This document shows, one piece after another, positions 28,901-38,312 of a stretch of 64,000 bases of DNA (positions are counted from its first letter, which is position 1; every line of letters begins with the position of its first letter). The position numbers were made by a program, and so were the translations under genes. This stretch comes from Planctomycetota bacterium (GTDB lineage: Bacteria > Planctomycetota > Phycisphaerae > Phycisphaerales > SM1A02), in the NCBI GenBank assembly GCA_022574595.1, contig JACZRS010000016.1, positions 5,589 through 69,588 of the forward strand, in the 5' to 3' direction. The notes below the pieces were generated by a model. That model had not been told where the DNA came from and ran no database searches. It saw only the letters and a list, made by a program, of their open reading frames with translations.

Positions 28901-28944
28901 CGTTTAATTTTATTGCTCATTGACTTCATGGGAGGCTCCTCCAT
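25903..28944 (-). CDS. secreted zinc metalloprotease (metzincin-like HEVGHTLGLRH motif; resembles the DUF4953/DUF5117 zinc-protease architecture) with a poly-acidic/basic low-complexity linker
   Basis: signal peptide; HEVGHTLGLRHNF zinc-binding motif; DDDDDEDDDGEGKDDENEDEDDDEDAEKDDKKKDEKKKDE insert. Confidence 0.6.
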   Translation of the reverse strand: MEEPPMKSMSNKIKRIILGSRASTLIAFAAAGAITTSAMSQRGAPPDIKEQMKKMADAKSSKKGELPKFEDVAKDYTKVVSTADGQASLYTLWIRKKDGQMLAELPSNFEKQLLFIAYTVSGGIPTAGVQFGAQYVKWKKYDKRIALIQPNFSVRTTGDLESRKGKERVFTDRVLLDVPIIAKGKKGGPVIDMDALLIGQGSKFFGSRILSGANRNLVTIAKAKAFPKNVEIAFELPLSGGRFGTIHYSISVIPNKTGYKSRKADARIGYFTTTHRDLGNPGADTPWVRYVNRWMLEKADTKLRLSPPKEPIIFYLEHTLPVRYRRWVREGVLEWNKAFEKIGIINAIEVYQQDARSKAHMEKDPEDARYNFVLWTNAGMGFAIGPSRVDPRTGQIFDADIVMDEGFITSWARTWKKLMPEIAMEGFGPQTYAWLENNPQWDPRVLLASPAERSGVVRELAMKRAMRSSNEFSGHPAASVDHTLLGDDQFDGLYGQVSQVNGACMQAMAKSMDIALYRLDPSWFAELAQEQDDDDDEDDDGEGKDDENEDEDDDEDAEKDDKKKDEKKKDEVQLLDGVPESFIGPLLKDVIMHEVGHTLGLRHNFKASSIHSIQEINTEEFKGKAQTASVMDYNPININFNDGPVQGDYTMVTIGDYDYWAIEYGYTFDKDLKPILKRVSEKNLPYATDEDTWGPDPLARRFDYGSDPLDYADSQMRIAQHLRTRILEKIVKDGDSWAKAREAYEILLGRHFGSIAIAANWLGSSYVNRDRKGDPGERDPVVPVETAKQRRALQFVIDNAFKDEAYGLNSELLAKMTVDKWWDEGGFRAIFEDPTWPVHDRIKSIQSVALTLLMNPTTLNRIYDTEFRIPSDEDAVTLPEVIFGISDAIWSELDIVPDSSFTVRKPMISSLRRNLQREHLNRLIDLSMLDEGFGATAQPIANLSTFKLRELNDKIEHLLNNGGRTVDPYTIAHLSEAKVRITKSLDADYIYNTDDIGGGGAFPFRFFEPNSDK

Positions 28945-29341
28945 CGGATATTTCTAGAAGCTATGTCGCAGTTAGATGAGCTATTTGATTCGAACTGAGA
29001 CGGGCGTATTCAGAGAACGGGTAACTTGTAACATAACATAAGCATATCAAAGTACTTAATGTGCGTATGAAACCTAGGCCTTGCGGCATGGCATATGCCA
29101 AATATACACGAAGAACCCCATGCGTACACCTACTTTTTGAGGCAGAATGGGTATGTCGAAGGAATAGATTGGTTTGTCAGAGTCATGGTATGAGGTTATC
29201 TGCCATGCTGAAAAGGCGTTATCTAGCTAATCTACCTGTTTCTCCTAATTTCTGCGTGTTTTGCCAGGGTTTTTTGGCTACTTTTATAGGTAATGCCTGT
29301 ATATTTAGCCTACGCTGGTTTCTGGCGGAAGTGCAGTATAA

Positions 29342-31111
29342 GTGCCACATAATGAAATAAAGCTATTAGGAGTGTTCCAAATGCGAATGAGCGTTGGCCT
29401 TATCGGCCTGATTTTGACGGGGGGTTCCTTAGGTTATGTTACAATTGTGGATGCAAACCAAGAGGAAGATTTAGCTAAAATACGCTGGTCTGCGGATATA
29501 CGAGCCAAGCTCGCAAGCGATCTAGCCAAGCAGGTTATTACAACGCCGCAAGATGAACTAATCCCTATCAATATTGAGCTTCAAGATCAGGTTAATCAGA
29601 ACCTAATCGAAGCTAATTCTAATATCCTCGATAAAGCACAAAGACGAGCGGCTGTGATTGCTTTACTAAAAGACCATGCTCAGCTAACCCAGCAAGGTCT
29701 AATTGCAATGCTCAACCAAGAACAAGCTTTGGGCACGGTCAGCCAGCGACTTCGTACCCTGTGGATTGCAAATGTAGTTGCAACCGAGGCCACCCCTGCT
29801 GCAATTTACCGAATTGCCCAGCGAGAGGATATTGCTCTAATCACTATTGATCAGCGATTAGGTAGTGAAATATTCCCAGTTGAACCATTAATCGATAAAG
29901 ATAACGGCAAAGGAGGTGGTGGTGGCAATTCGGGAGGCGATCCACTTACAGGAGCTACAATCGAGTGTGGTGTTCAAAGAATGAGAGCGCCCGAAGTTTG
30001 GAGCGACTTCGGCCTGACTGGTGAAGGCGTAGTCGTAGGCATAATTGATACAGGTTGTTGCATTACTCACCCTGATCTTGAAAACCAAATCTGGAATAAC
30101 CAGGGCGAAATCCCAAACAACGGCGTCGATGACGATCACAACGGTTATGTAGACGATGTTGTCGGATGGAATTTCCAATTTAATAACAATGACATTTCTG
30201 ATACGCACTCACATGGAACACACACCACTGGCAGCGTGGCTGGTGATGGCACAAACGGTAACGCAACAGGGTTGGCACCAGATGTTTCAATGATGATTCT
30301 CGAAATCTGGACTAGTTTCTCAGGCGAAAGCACAGTGTGGGAGGCTATGCAGTACTCTGTTGATAATGGTGCAGATATTATCTCAGTAAGCCTTGGTTGG
30401 CCTCATTTTGCCAATCCAAATAGACAAATGTGGCGCAACATCTGCATTAATACTATTGCAAGCGGTGTTGTTGTTATTTATGCAGCAGGTAACGAAGGTC
30501 TATGCTGCAACTCGCCGCCCGATGAGATTCGAACACCTGGAGATGTACCGGAAATTATTACGGTTGGTGCAACCAATTGCAATGATAATATCGCTGGCTT
30601 TAGTAGTAAAGGACCGGTGACTTGGGAGAACATTTCCCCTTGGTTTGATTGTGCTTATCAACCCGGATGCATGAAGCCAACTATTTCTGCACCTGGTGTC
30701 AATACACTCTCGACTTTAAACAATTGTTCAGGCTATACCACCATGAGCGGTACCTCCATGGCAACTCCACATGTTGCTGGCGCTGTAGCTCTAATGCTCC
30801 AGGCAAATCCCAATTTAGATCACGATGCAATTAAAACAATACTTATGGACACATCTGTTGACTTAGGCACACCAGGCATGGACAACACATATGGTGCAGG
30901 CCGAGTTGATGTTTATGAAGCTGTGCTGGCATCATTTCCTGTTAATGAAGCTGATCTTGATGGCGATGGAGTGGTTAGCACAGCCGATATACTTATTCTG
31001 TTTGCCAGTTGGGGACCATGTGCTGATTGTGGCAACTGCCCAGCGGATTTCGACGGGAATTGTGCAGTTGATACTACTGACTTGCTTTTCCTATTCGCAC
31101 ATTGGGGTTAA
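29342..31111 (+). CDS. subtilisin-like serine peptidase (S8) with a variant dockerin-like C-terminal module
   Basis: catalytic triad motifs VGIIDTG (Asp), HGTHTTG (His), MSGTSMATPHVAG (Ser); C-terminal DLDGDGVVSTADILILFASWGPC...DFDGNCAVDTTDLLFLFAHWG. Confidence 0.8.
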   Translation: MPHNEIKLLGVFQMRMSVGLIGLILTGGSLGYVTIVDANQEEDLAKIRWSADIRAKLASDLAKQVITTPQDELIPINIELQDQVNQNLIEANSNILDKAQRRAAVIALLKDHAQLTQQGLIAMLNQEQALGTVSQRLRTLWIANVVATEATPAAIYRIAQREDIALITIDQRLGSEIFPVEPLIDKDNGKGGGGGNSGGDPLTGATIECGVQRMRAPEVWSDFGLTGEGVVVGIIDTGCCITHPDLENQIWNNQGEIPNNGVDDDHNGYVDDVVGWNFQFNNNDISDTHSHGTHTTGSVAGDGTNGNATGLAPDVSMMILEIWTSFSGESTVWEAMQYSVDNGADIISVSLGWPHFANPNRQMWRNICINTIASGVVVIYAAGNEGLCCNSPPDEIRTPGDVPEIITVGATNCNDNIAGFSSKGPVTWENISPWFDCAYQPGCMKPTISAPGVNTLSTLNNCSGYTTMSGTSMATPHVAGAVALMLQANPNLDHDAIKTILMDTSVDLGTPGMDNTYGAGRVDVYEAVLASFPVNEADLDGDGVVSTADILILFASWGPCADCGNCPADFDGNCAVDTTDLLFLFAHWG

Positions 31112-31157
31112 AGAGTACCAACTAGAGATTCAATTTATTACAGCTTAAAAAATAAGC

Positions 31158-31190
31158 AAAGCCCCGAAAGCAATTTCGGGGCTTTGTTTT
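31158..31190. terminator. bidirectional rho-independent terminator
   Basis: AAAGCCCCGAAA-gcaa-TTTCGGGGCTTT followed by GTTTT; sits between convergent genes. Confidence 0.7.
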
Positions 31191-31211
31191 AAGGTTAAAC
31201 AATCGCGGTGA

Positions 31212-32789
31212 TTAGTTATTTGATCCTTCACTCGAAATCATGCTATCAAGCATAGTGCCGATCAATGCAGTCATTTCAGCAGATTGCGTGCTGGCGCTGC
31301 CATTGGCACTTGGAGAACCACTTATAACCATGACCTTTGGCGTAATATTGATGCCTCGTTCACCAACGATTTTAAGTAATTCAATAAGAGCAGCATTGCC
31401 CTTTCCGATCTGCTCAGCAATAACTCTGTACGCTTCCGCTTGTGCTTCAGATTTTATTCGTATTGCCTCTGCTTCTGCATCTGCAACGATTATGACCTTT
31501 TCTTTATCTGCTTGAGCAATTTGAACTTCGTACTGAGCTGTTGCCAATCGTTTTTCTTCTTCAGCTTCCTGTTCAGTACGCGTCAATGCTTTTCTCTGCT
31601 CTGCTGCGAGTTGCTGCTGCACAAATGTCTTGACTTCTTCATCAGCAATTTGCCTATCTGTTAGCGTCTTGAGCAGATTGTCGAGCGATCCATCCTCAGC
31701 CACACCGGCGATTCGAACGGCGGTGACGGTTACCCCGACCTTGGCCATCTCCTCGACCAGCATCGCCAGTGACTGCGACTCCTGGAGCGACCGCTGGTTG
31801 ACGTAGTCCAAGGCCTTCACCGCCTCGGCGTTGTTGCGAAAGATCGCGCGGACAGCGGAGTTCAGACGTTCACGCAGTTTCTCCCCGTCATCCTCGAAGA
31901 TGGCGACCACGAGCGGCGCGTCGGCAGGTTTGATCTCGTACTCCACGCGCACGTCCACGGGGAAGTCAAACCCATCGGAGGTACGGACGGGAATCTCCCT
32001 TTGCTCGGCTCCTGTGCCGCGTCCTGTGTAACTGATCACCCATTTGGCCGTCGAGATCATCGTTACTTCGTAAGCCTTGGTGTTCAGATAGTACTTCGCG
32101 ACTCCCAGCGGCTCGCGCCAGATACCGCGCTGACCCTTTTCGACCACTTCAGTGGGTGTTTCGGCTTCGCCCGAAAGAACCTCGCCGACATTGGACTTAA
32201 TAACACCTACTGTAGCTTTCTTTACGTTGGTTACGGGCACGATTTCATGTGTAAAAAGCATGGGATTTATACGGTGAGTTCCGGGTTTTAGTACCGATGT
32301 TTGTGGGCCCTTGTAGCCTTTACCTTTGGTTAGAAAGTAATGCGCATCTCCTGCCATTTTACCCCGATCAGCATCATCCCATTCCGGAGCATAGATTTCA
32401 CCCTTGGGAAGAGGCAGTCCATCACTTGCGGTTAGCAGAGCTATTTGACCTTCTTTGATTACAATAACATATGGCGTTTCAATTTCATAAATAAACGGCC
32501 ATAACCATGGATGCCAGCCGGGTGGGAGAATATCAGCTTGTGGCCCCATTTCGCCTTCTGTGGCAATGATTTTACCTGGTGGCAAAGACCCGCCGCCAAC
32601 TGTGCGAATTACAACACCAGTCTGGGCGTCGCCTACATATCTAAAAGAGCTAAGGACAAACGATACTAAAATTACAGCTAAAGCAAGAATTCCACCTCCT
32701 ACTTTTAGGGCTGTTCCAGGTAATTTCATGGCACCTGTTACGATTGCAATTGCCAGAACCAGTCCTACGAACATTACTATTAGTGTCAT
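31212..32789 (-). CDS. flotillin-like SPFH/band-7 domain protein
   Basis: N-terminal TM segments; SPFH core; long Ala/Glu-rich coiled-coil C-terminus typical of flotillin/YqiK. Confidence 0.65.
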   Translation of the reverse strand: MTLIVMFVGLVLAIAIVTGAMKLPGTALKVGGGILALAVILVSFVLSSFRYVGDAQTGVVIRTVGGGSLPPGKIIATEGEMGPQADILPPGWHPWLWPFIYEIETPYVIVIKEGQIALLTASDGLPLPKGEIYAPEWDDADRGKMAGDAHYFLTKGKGYKGPQTSVLKPGTHRINPMLFTHEIVPVTNVKKATVGVIKSNVGEVLSGEAETPTEVVEKGQRGIWREPLGVAKYYLNTKAYEVTMISTAKWVISYTGRGTGAEQREIPVRTSDGFDFPVDVRVEYEIKPADAPLVVAIFEDDGEKLRERLNSAVRAIFRNNAEAVKALDYVNQRSLQESQSLAMLVEEMAKVGVTVTAVRIAGVAEDGSLDNLLKTLTDRQIADEEVKTFVQQQLAAEQRKALTRTEQEAEEEKRLATAQYEVQIAQADKEKVIIVADAEAEAIRIKSEAQAEAYRVIAEQIGKGNAALIELLKIVGERGINITPKVMVISGSPSANGSASTQSAEMTALIGTMLDSMISSEGSNN

Positions 32790-32964
32790 GGCCCACTCCT
32801 TTTTGTTTTTAATAACATTAACTGCGCACCCACAAACAGCGCATCGAACTATTACTGGTAGCTACTTTACATTACTAGTGATAATAGGCTCGATATTGTC
32901 AACCTATCATGTCCTTTGCAACTTATTCCAAGACATGAAAACTATGTTTTAGGTTACTAAGGCC

Positions 32965-33991
32965 TCATTTAGGAGCTTTGGCGTTCTTACCTCGTGCTTT
33001 AAGGCTCTTGGCCAAATTGCCTAGATCCTTAGCATCAATTTTCTTGGACACTTCCTTGATCAGCTTGGTAAATACCTCAATCTCTTGATCGGTGAATGGA
33101 TAACCAAGATTCTTGCCATTCATACGGTAGCTATCAGCTATGGTTTTTCCCTGGGAATCTAGGACTGCGAACCATGGGATACCGCCTTCCTTACCCTTTG
33201 TTAGCCGCTCGTGCAATACTTTACCCTGCAATGTACGGTCAACGTCAATTTTTACTGATACAAAATTTTTCGCAAATATCTTTGTAACCTCAGTGTCGGC
33301 CATCCAATCCTCAAAGCGATGACACCAAAAACACCATGGAGCGCCAAAGTGAACAAATACCATTTTGTTCTGTTTCCTCGCCTGATTAATAGCTGTGGCA
33401 AGTAACGATTCTGCATCTAGGTAGGGAGCCTGATTCTGGCTAAGAAAGTTAAGAACACTAATTGGATCATGTTCTGTTTTACCTTCGATCTTTGATTCTA
33501 ATGAGCCAGTTTCCTGGTTTGCAATAACTTGCCCATCAGCATCGAGGATTGTGAGAAAAGGTAAGCCGTTGGCTTTTGGATCAACTTTGTATTCTTCAGC
33601 AATGTCCAGATTCTTATCAAATCTACCTACATCTATCAGCACTAGATCATATTCATACAATAGCTTTTTGCGTACATCTTTATCTTTTCCAAATGTTTCA
33701 TGAAGCAGGCGACACCAGCCGCACCAATTGGCGCCCCCATTGGATAAGTACGCGCCTGTTTTCCTTCTTGGCTTTGGCTAATGCATCATTGATTACCTTG
33801 CGCGCATCTGCGGACTCATCATAAATATCCTTGCGCTGTTTCTTTACCTGTTTTTGTGTTGCCTTTTCTTTAGTTGCTTGACGTGCAGGCTTGGTATCAG
33901 TCTGCTCCTGAGCAATGCTTGTCGAGCTAAAGCTCATGGACACGATGATAATACTGGCGAACAATAGGGATTTCATGACTTGTCCTTTCAA
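32965..33991 (-). pseudogene. secreted tandem thioredoxin-fold protein disrupted by a +1 frameshift in a C5/G5 homopolymer (or an assembly error)
   Basis: ORF 33698-33991 gives signal peptide ...RRVLIQWG; the next frame continues ANWCGWCRLLHETFGKDKDVRKKLLYEYDLVLIDVG..., joining ORF 32965-33660, which holds a second FGAPWCFWCH domain; the frames meet at the CCCCC run 33734-33738. Confidence 0.5.
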
Positions 33992-34072
33992 TCAATGCAC
34001 ATATTAAGCACACGCTATATCCGAGCATTATATCAGAGGAAATGGATTCGTAAGCATAAATCCCATTAGCTC

Positions 34073-34465
34073 TCAATTATCTTTGCAGCACGTCCCACGC
34101 CACCACAGCCAGGCTACTTCATAATCTGGACATAATCCCAGAAGTTCTTTGACATTTTCATTTACGGCATGGATTTCGCATAGCATCGGCTTCATCACGC
34201 TTGTGCTTTTCGGTGGGTGCTGTAAGTCAGCAAACTGCTGCCCTGAATATGTCTGCTCAGCGCGTTGTTCATACTGCTTAGCTTCCTTGCTGCAAATTGC
34301 TGGGGCATTGGCCTCAGGCATATTGGCATAACGCGAAAGTAGATAATCAAGGATCTTTATACGGATATGACACAGCCAGACCGAATCCCCCGATTCCTCC
34401 CCAATCATGCGCAGAAGCTCAGCTCGACGTTGACACCAATCTTGAATTCGTGTGGTAATTACCAT
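34073..34465 (-). CDS. hypothetical protein
   Basis: ORF only; no recognised motif. Confidence 0.25.
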   Translation of the reverse strand: MVITTRIQDWCQRRAELLRMIGEESGDSVWLCHIRIKILDYLLSRYANMPEANAPAICSKEAKQYEQRAEQTYSGQQFADLQHPPKSTSVMKPMLCEIHAVNENVKELLGLCPDYEVAWLWWRGTCCKDN

Positions 34466-34603
34466 CTAAGAATCCTGAAAAGGCTGCATCATTTAACTCA
34501 TAGTTTAACTAACATCATAGCTACAGGCTATTTCATAAACGGTGAAAATCAATTAAAAAACAGCGATGTAAAACCCTGGGCTTTGGGATAGTAAAAATAC
34601 AAC

Positions 34604-35647
34604 TTACTTTTGCGCGCCAGCTTCGATGGGTTCTTGTTCCATTGCGGCGGTGTATTTTCCATGCCTTGCTGCGCCGTTACATTTAGCACGGTGGCGGAAC
34701 GCTTGCTGGGCTTTTTCGATATTTGCTGCTTCACCACGCCAGGCTTTTAGTGGGGGTTCCTGCAAAGCTCGACCATAGGAAAAACTAAGCTGCCACGGAT
34801 GATTTACATCCATTGCGTTCATTGCGTTTAAGTTTGCAGTTGCGATTTCGTTACTTTGCCCGCCTGATAGGAAAACAATACCGGGAACCGCAGCTGGCAC
34901 TGTGTTATTAAAGCAATCCACGGTTAGCTCAGCAACTTCTTCCGCCCCCGCTTGCTGCGAACAATCTTTACCCGATAGCACCATGTTTGGTTTAAGCAGA
35001 ATTCCCTCAAGCATTACATTCTGATCGTACAGTGCTTGAAATACACAATTTAGTGTAGCTTCAGTTACGTGATAGCATTGCTCTATCGTATGCTCGCCAT
35101 CCATTAAAACTTCAGGCTCAACGATCGGCACTAGACCCGCTTCTTGTGATAGCGCCGCATATCGTGCTAATGCATGTGCATTAGCATCAATGCAGTATTG
35201 GCTGGGAATATCTTCTCCGATGGTAATTACCGCCCGCCATTTTGTGAATCGCGCTCCTAAATCGTAATACTCATTAAGCCGCTCGCGCAAACCATCAAGA
35301 CCTTCGGTTACTTTTTCACCCGTAGCGCCTGCTAAATCCTTTGCACCTTTATCAACTTTTATGCCAGGGATGATATTCTGCTTTTGCAATAGCTCGACAA
35401 ATGTTGTTCCATCGTCCGCCTTCTGGCGAAGTGTTTCATCGAAAAGAATCACACCACTTATAAATTCGTTTATGCCCGGAGTGGTAAACAGCAGTTGTCT
35501 GTACGTCCGCCGATTTTCCTCAGTCGACTCAACATCAATGCTGGTAAAACGCTTCTTAATTGTCGGAGAACTCTCATCAGCTGCGAGTATTCCCTTACCT
35601 TCCGCAACTATGGCGTTTGCGATATTATGGAGATCTTGTTCGTCCAT
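34604..35647 (-). CDS. fba: class I fructose-bisphosphate aldolase
   Basis: GKGILAADES signature and the Schiff-base Lys region LEGILLKPNMV. Confidence 0.85.
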   Translation of the reverse strand: MDEQDLHNIANAIVAEGKGILAADESSPTIKKRFTSIDVESTEENRRTYRQLLFTTPGINEFISGVILFDETLRQKADDGTTFVELLQKQNIIPGIKVDKGAKDLAGATGEKVTEGLDGLRERLNEYYDLGARFTKWRAVITIGEDIPSQYCIDANAHALARYAALSQEAGLVPIVEPEVLMDGEHTIEQCYHVTEATLNCVFQALYDQNVMLEGILLKPNMVLSGKDCSQQAGAEEVAELTVDCFNNTVPAAVPGIVFLSGGQSNEIATANLNAMNAMDVNHPWQLSFSYGRALQEPPLKAWRGEAANIEKAQQAFRHRAKCNGAARHGKYTAAMEQEPIEAGAQK

Positions 35648-35779
35648 AGCAGTTCCTTTAAAATAAACCCACCCTTACAGTCATATTTTAGCAGATATAG
35701 GCCATTCCGCCAAGCTCATTAGCTATTTGTCCAAGCCCATTGCCCGGCCCTAGTTTCCCTACGATTTCAAGATAAAAAA

Positions 35780-35807
35780 ATCCCTACCGAATAAAGTCGA
35801 TAGGGAT
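35780..35807 (-). terminator. rho-independent terminator for the PEP-CTERM gene (also usable bidirectionally)
   Basis: ATCCCTACCGA-ataaag-TCGATAGGGAT hairpin flanked by A7 and A5 runs. Confidence 0.55.
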
Positions 35808-35848
35808 GAAAAAGTAATCCGAATTGGCTCGAAAGATCGTTTTTGAAG

Positions 35849-36376
35849 TTAAGCTGCTCTACGGCGTCGATGTCTTGTGAGTAATCCCAACATAGCCAAA
35901 CCGGCAAACGCACCGGGTGCTGGTATCAAGCTGCCAGCAAGCATCACCTGAGTATTGCCTGATGCAAGATCAATGAGTGTAGTGAAGACACCGGTGCCAG
36001 TCACGTTTGCAAAGATTCCTGTGCCGCTAGTGATTTCGAACAGTCCAGAAGATGAAGCAAACTCAGAATCTAAGTCAACAAATAGGGTGCCATTCAATTC
36101 GCCGAAAAGAATTCCGTCTATAGCGCCAATCGTAAAGAAACCTGAGATATCAAAGGGATTATCCTCGCCAACAACCGTAATCTCAGCAAAGAATGTCAAC
36201 AGACCAAGATCAGGCTCTTGAAAATTCACATTTGTATCAAGAGTTATTGAATCACCCTCAATACTCGCTGTTCCTTCTGCGCTTGCCATGAACGGCCCCA
36301 TGACGCCAGCAGTTGCTGTTTGCGTAGATACAAGAATTGTAATTGCACTCAGGAGTCCAATTAGTGTCCTATTCAT
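35849..36376 (-). CDS. PEP-CTERM sorting-signal protein (putative exosortase substrate)
   Basis: signal peptide; C-terminal IPAPGAFAGLAMLGLLTRHRRRRAA (P-x-P, then a TM helix, then an Arg cluster). Confidence 0.55.
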   Translation of the reverse strand: MNRTLIGLLSAITILVSTQTATAGVMGPFMASAEGTASIEGDSITLDTNVNFQEPDLGLLTFFAEITVVGEDNPFDISGFFTIGAIDGILFGELNGTLFVDLDSEFASSSGLFEITSGTGIFANVTGTGVFTTLIDLASGNTQVMLAGSLIPAPGAFAGLAMLGLLTRHRRRRAA

Positions 36377-36707
36377 TTTTACTGTCCTGCTTTCTCTCTT
36401 TTTCTCTCACTCTTGCTAACCGAAGCATAGCGCTGCCTCTATAGCAATTTTTCCCCTCATTCCAAGCACCTTCCGCTTTGCATAATTCTGCTTACCGCAG
36501 CCCGTACCAGCAAGAGAGTACTATCAATTTATTCTACTCTTATAAGTTACCTCAGAATCTAGCTTTATTTCATTGAAAAATCGCAAATAATAGATTTGTT
36601 TTTAGAGTCTTGGCAATTATGGGACATAAAGCCCAGTAACTCACAAGACATGATACGGTTTACATCACCTCCCAAAGACGTTTTTGCTCGATAACCCCTA
36701 TTTACCC

Positions 36708-38312
36708 CTAAAACCCAACAGCCTGACCATCGGCTCGGCCATCACTTGCCGCAAAGTAGCCGCCTGACAATTTATAAATGGCTTGGCCCCTTCCATAGAA
36801 TTCTTCAGGCTGGGCTGCGATTTTTATATCGTGTCCTCGACTGCTTAGTTCCTCATATACCTCAGCATCAAAGCCCGGCTCAATCGCAACAAATAAACCC
36901 TTATCTACACGCCAGCGCGGTCCATCAAGCGCAGCCTGGGGATTCTGTTTGTAATCCTCCAAACGTATCACAACCTGTGCATGTCCTTGAGGTTGCATGA
37001 AACCCCCCATTACCCCAAAGCTCATGACAGGTTCCGTTTCGCCGCTGGCAGTGTGCTCAGTAATAAATCCTGGGATAATTGTGTGGTATGGCCGTTTGCT
37101 TGGGCCTGCGGCATTCGGATGCCCCTCAACAAGCGAGAAGCACCCACCTCTATTTTGTAAAGCAATGCCTGTATCTGGAACAACAATACCACTGCCAAAG
37201 CCGGTGTAGTTTGACTGTATGTAGGAAACCATATTGCCCTGCGAATCCGCGGTTGTTAGATACACCGTACCGCCCGGCTTGGGTGAACCATGCTTGGGAT
37301 CCTTAGCTTGTATCAAGTCAATTAACTTTGCTCTTTGCTTTAGGTACTCATCATCAAGTAAATGCTCAACATCTACATCCATCCAATCTGGATCAGCGAT
37401 ATACCTATGCGCATCCGCAAAGGCTAACTTCATTGCTTCAATTTGTAGATGCAAAGAATCAGCTGAATCGACGCGCATTTGACTCATTGGGAAATGCTTA
37501 AGAATTCCCAGCATCATTAGTGCAGCAAGCCCCTGCCCATTTGGTGGTATTTCGTGAAGCGTAATGCTGCGATAATCCATTGATATTGGCCGAACCCATT
37601 GCGGTTGGTGTGAAGCAAGATCCTCCTTAGTAATCAATCCGCCGGTTTGCTTGGCGTGATGGGCAATACGATCTGCAAGATCCCCTTCATAGAAACTCTT
37701 GCCCTTTGTTTGTGCGATTTGCTCTAAGGTATTTGCATGATCGTTACTCTTGAAAATCTCCCCGGCCTTTGGTGCTTTACCATTTGGACAGAATACTCTT
37801 TGGTATTCCTCGAACTGCGAATACTTATTCTGACCAAGCCCCCAGTAATAAGCTGTTTGGCGCGAAACCAAGTAACCATTTCTTGCATATTCAATCGCAG
37901 GCTCACAGAGTTTATGAAAAGGTAATGAGCCGAAACGCTCAGATAGTGTTGCCCAAGCTGAGACAGCTCCGCCAACCGTTACCGCATCCCAACCCAGTAA
38001 TGGAACAGCATCAAGGCCATCAAATCGATCGAGTGTTAATGCTGCGGGTGACTTGCCCGATGCGTTTAAGCCATGCAAACCCCCACCCGCCCAAACCAGT
38101 GCAAAGGCATCAGAGCCAATTCCATTGCTAGTGGGTTCGAGTACGGTAAGCGAGATTGCAGTCGCAACTGCTGCATCAATCGCGTTACCCCCATCAAGCA
38201 ACATCCGAAGCCCCGCCTGCGCAGCAAGCGGTTGAGAAGTAGCAACAACATTTTCCGCAAGAACAGCTTCGCGCTGAGATGGATAAGGTAAGGACCAGTC
38301 AAAGTCAATCAT
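36708..38312 (-). CDS. ggt: gamma-glutamyltransferase
   Basis: N-terminal GGNAIDAAVA motif and the Thr-nucleophile region GGTVYLTTADSQGNMVS. Confidence 0.85.
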   Translation of the reverse strand: MIDFDWSLPYPSQREAVLAENVVATSQPLAAQAGLRMLLDGGNAIDAAVATAISLTVLEPTSNGIGSDAFALVWAGGGLHGLNASGKSPAALTLDRFDGLDAVPLLGWDAVTVGGAVSAWATLSERFGSLPFHKLCEPAIEYARNGYLVSRQTAYYWGLGQNKYSQFEEYQRVFCPNGKAPKAGEIFKSNDHANTLEQIAQTKGKSFYEGDLADRIAHHAKQTGGLITKEDLASHQPQWVRPISMDYRSITLHEIPPNGQGLAALMMLGILKHFPMSQMRVDSADSLHLQIEAMKLAFADAHRYIADPDWMDVDVEHLLDDEYLKQRAKLIDLIQAKDPKHGSPKPGGTVYLTTADSQGNMVSYIQSNYTGFGSGIVVPDTGIALQNRGGCFSLVEGHPNAAGPSKRPYHTIIPGFITEHTASGETEPVMSFGVMGGFMQPQGHAQVVIRLEDYKQNPQAALDGPRWRVDKGLFVAIEPGFDAEVYEELSSRGHDIKIAAQPEEFYGRGQAIYKLSGGYFAASDGRADGQAVGF

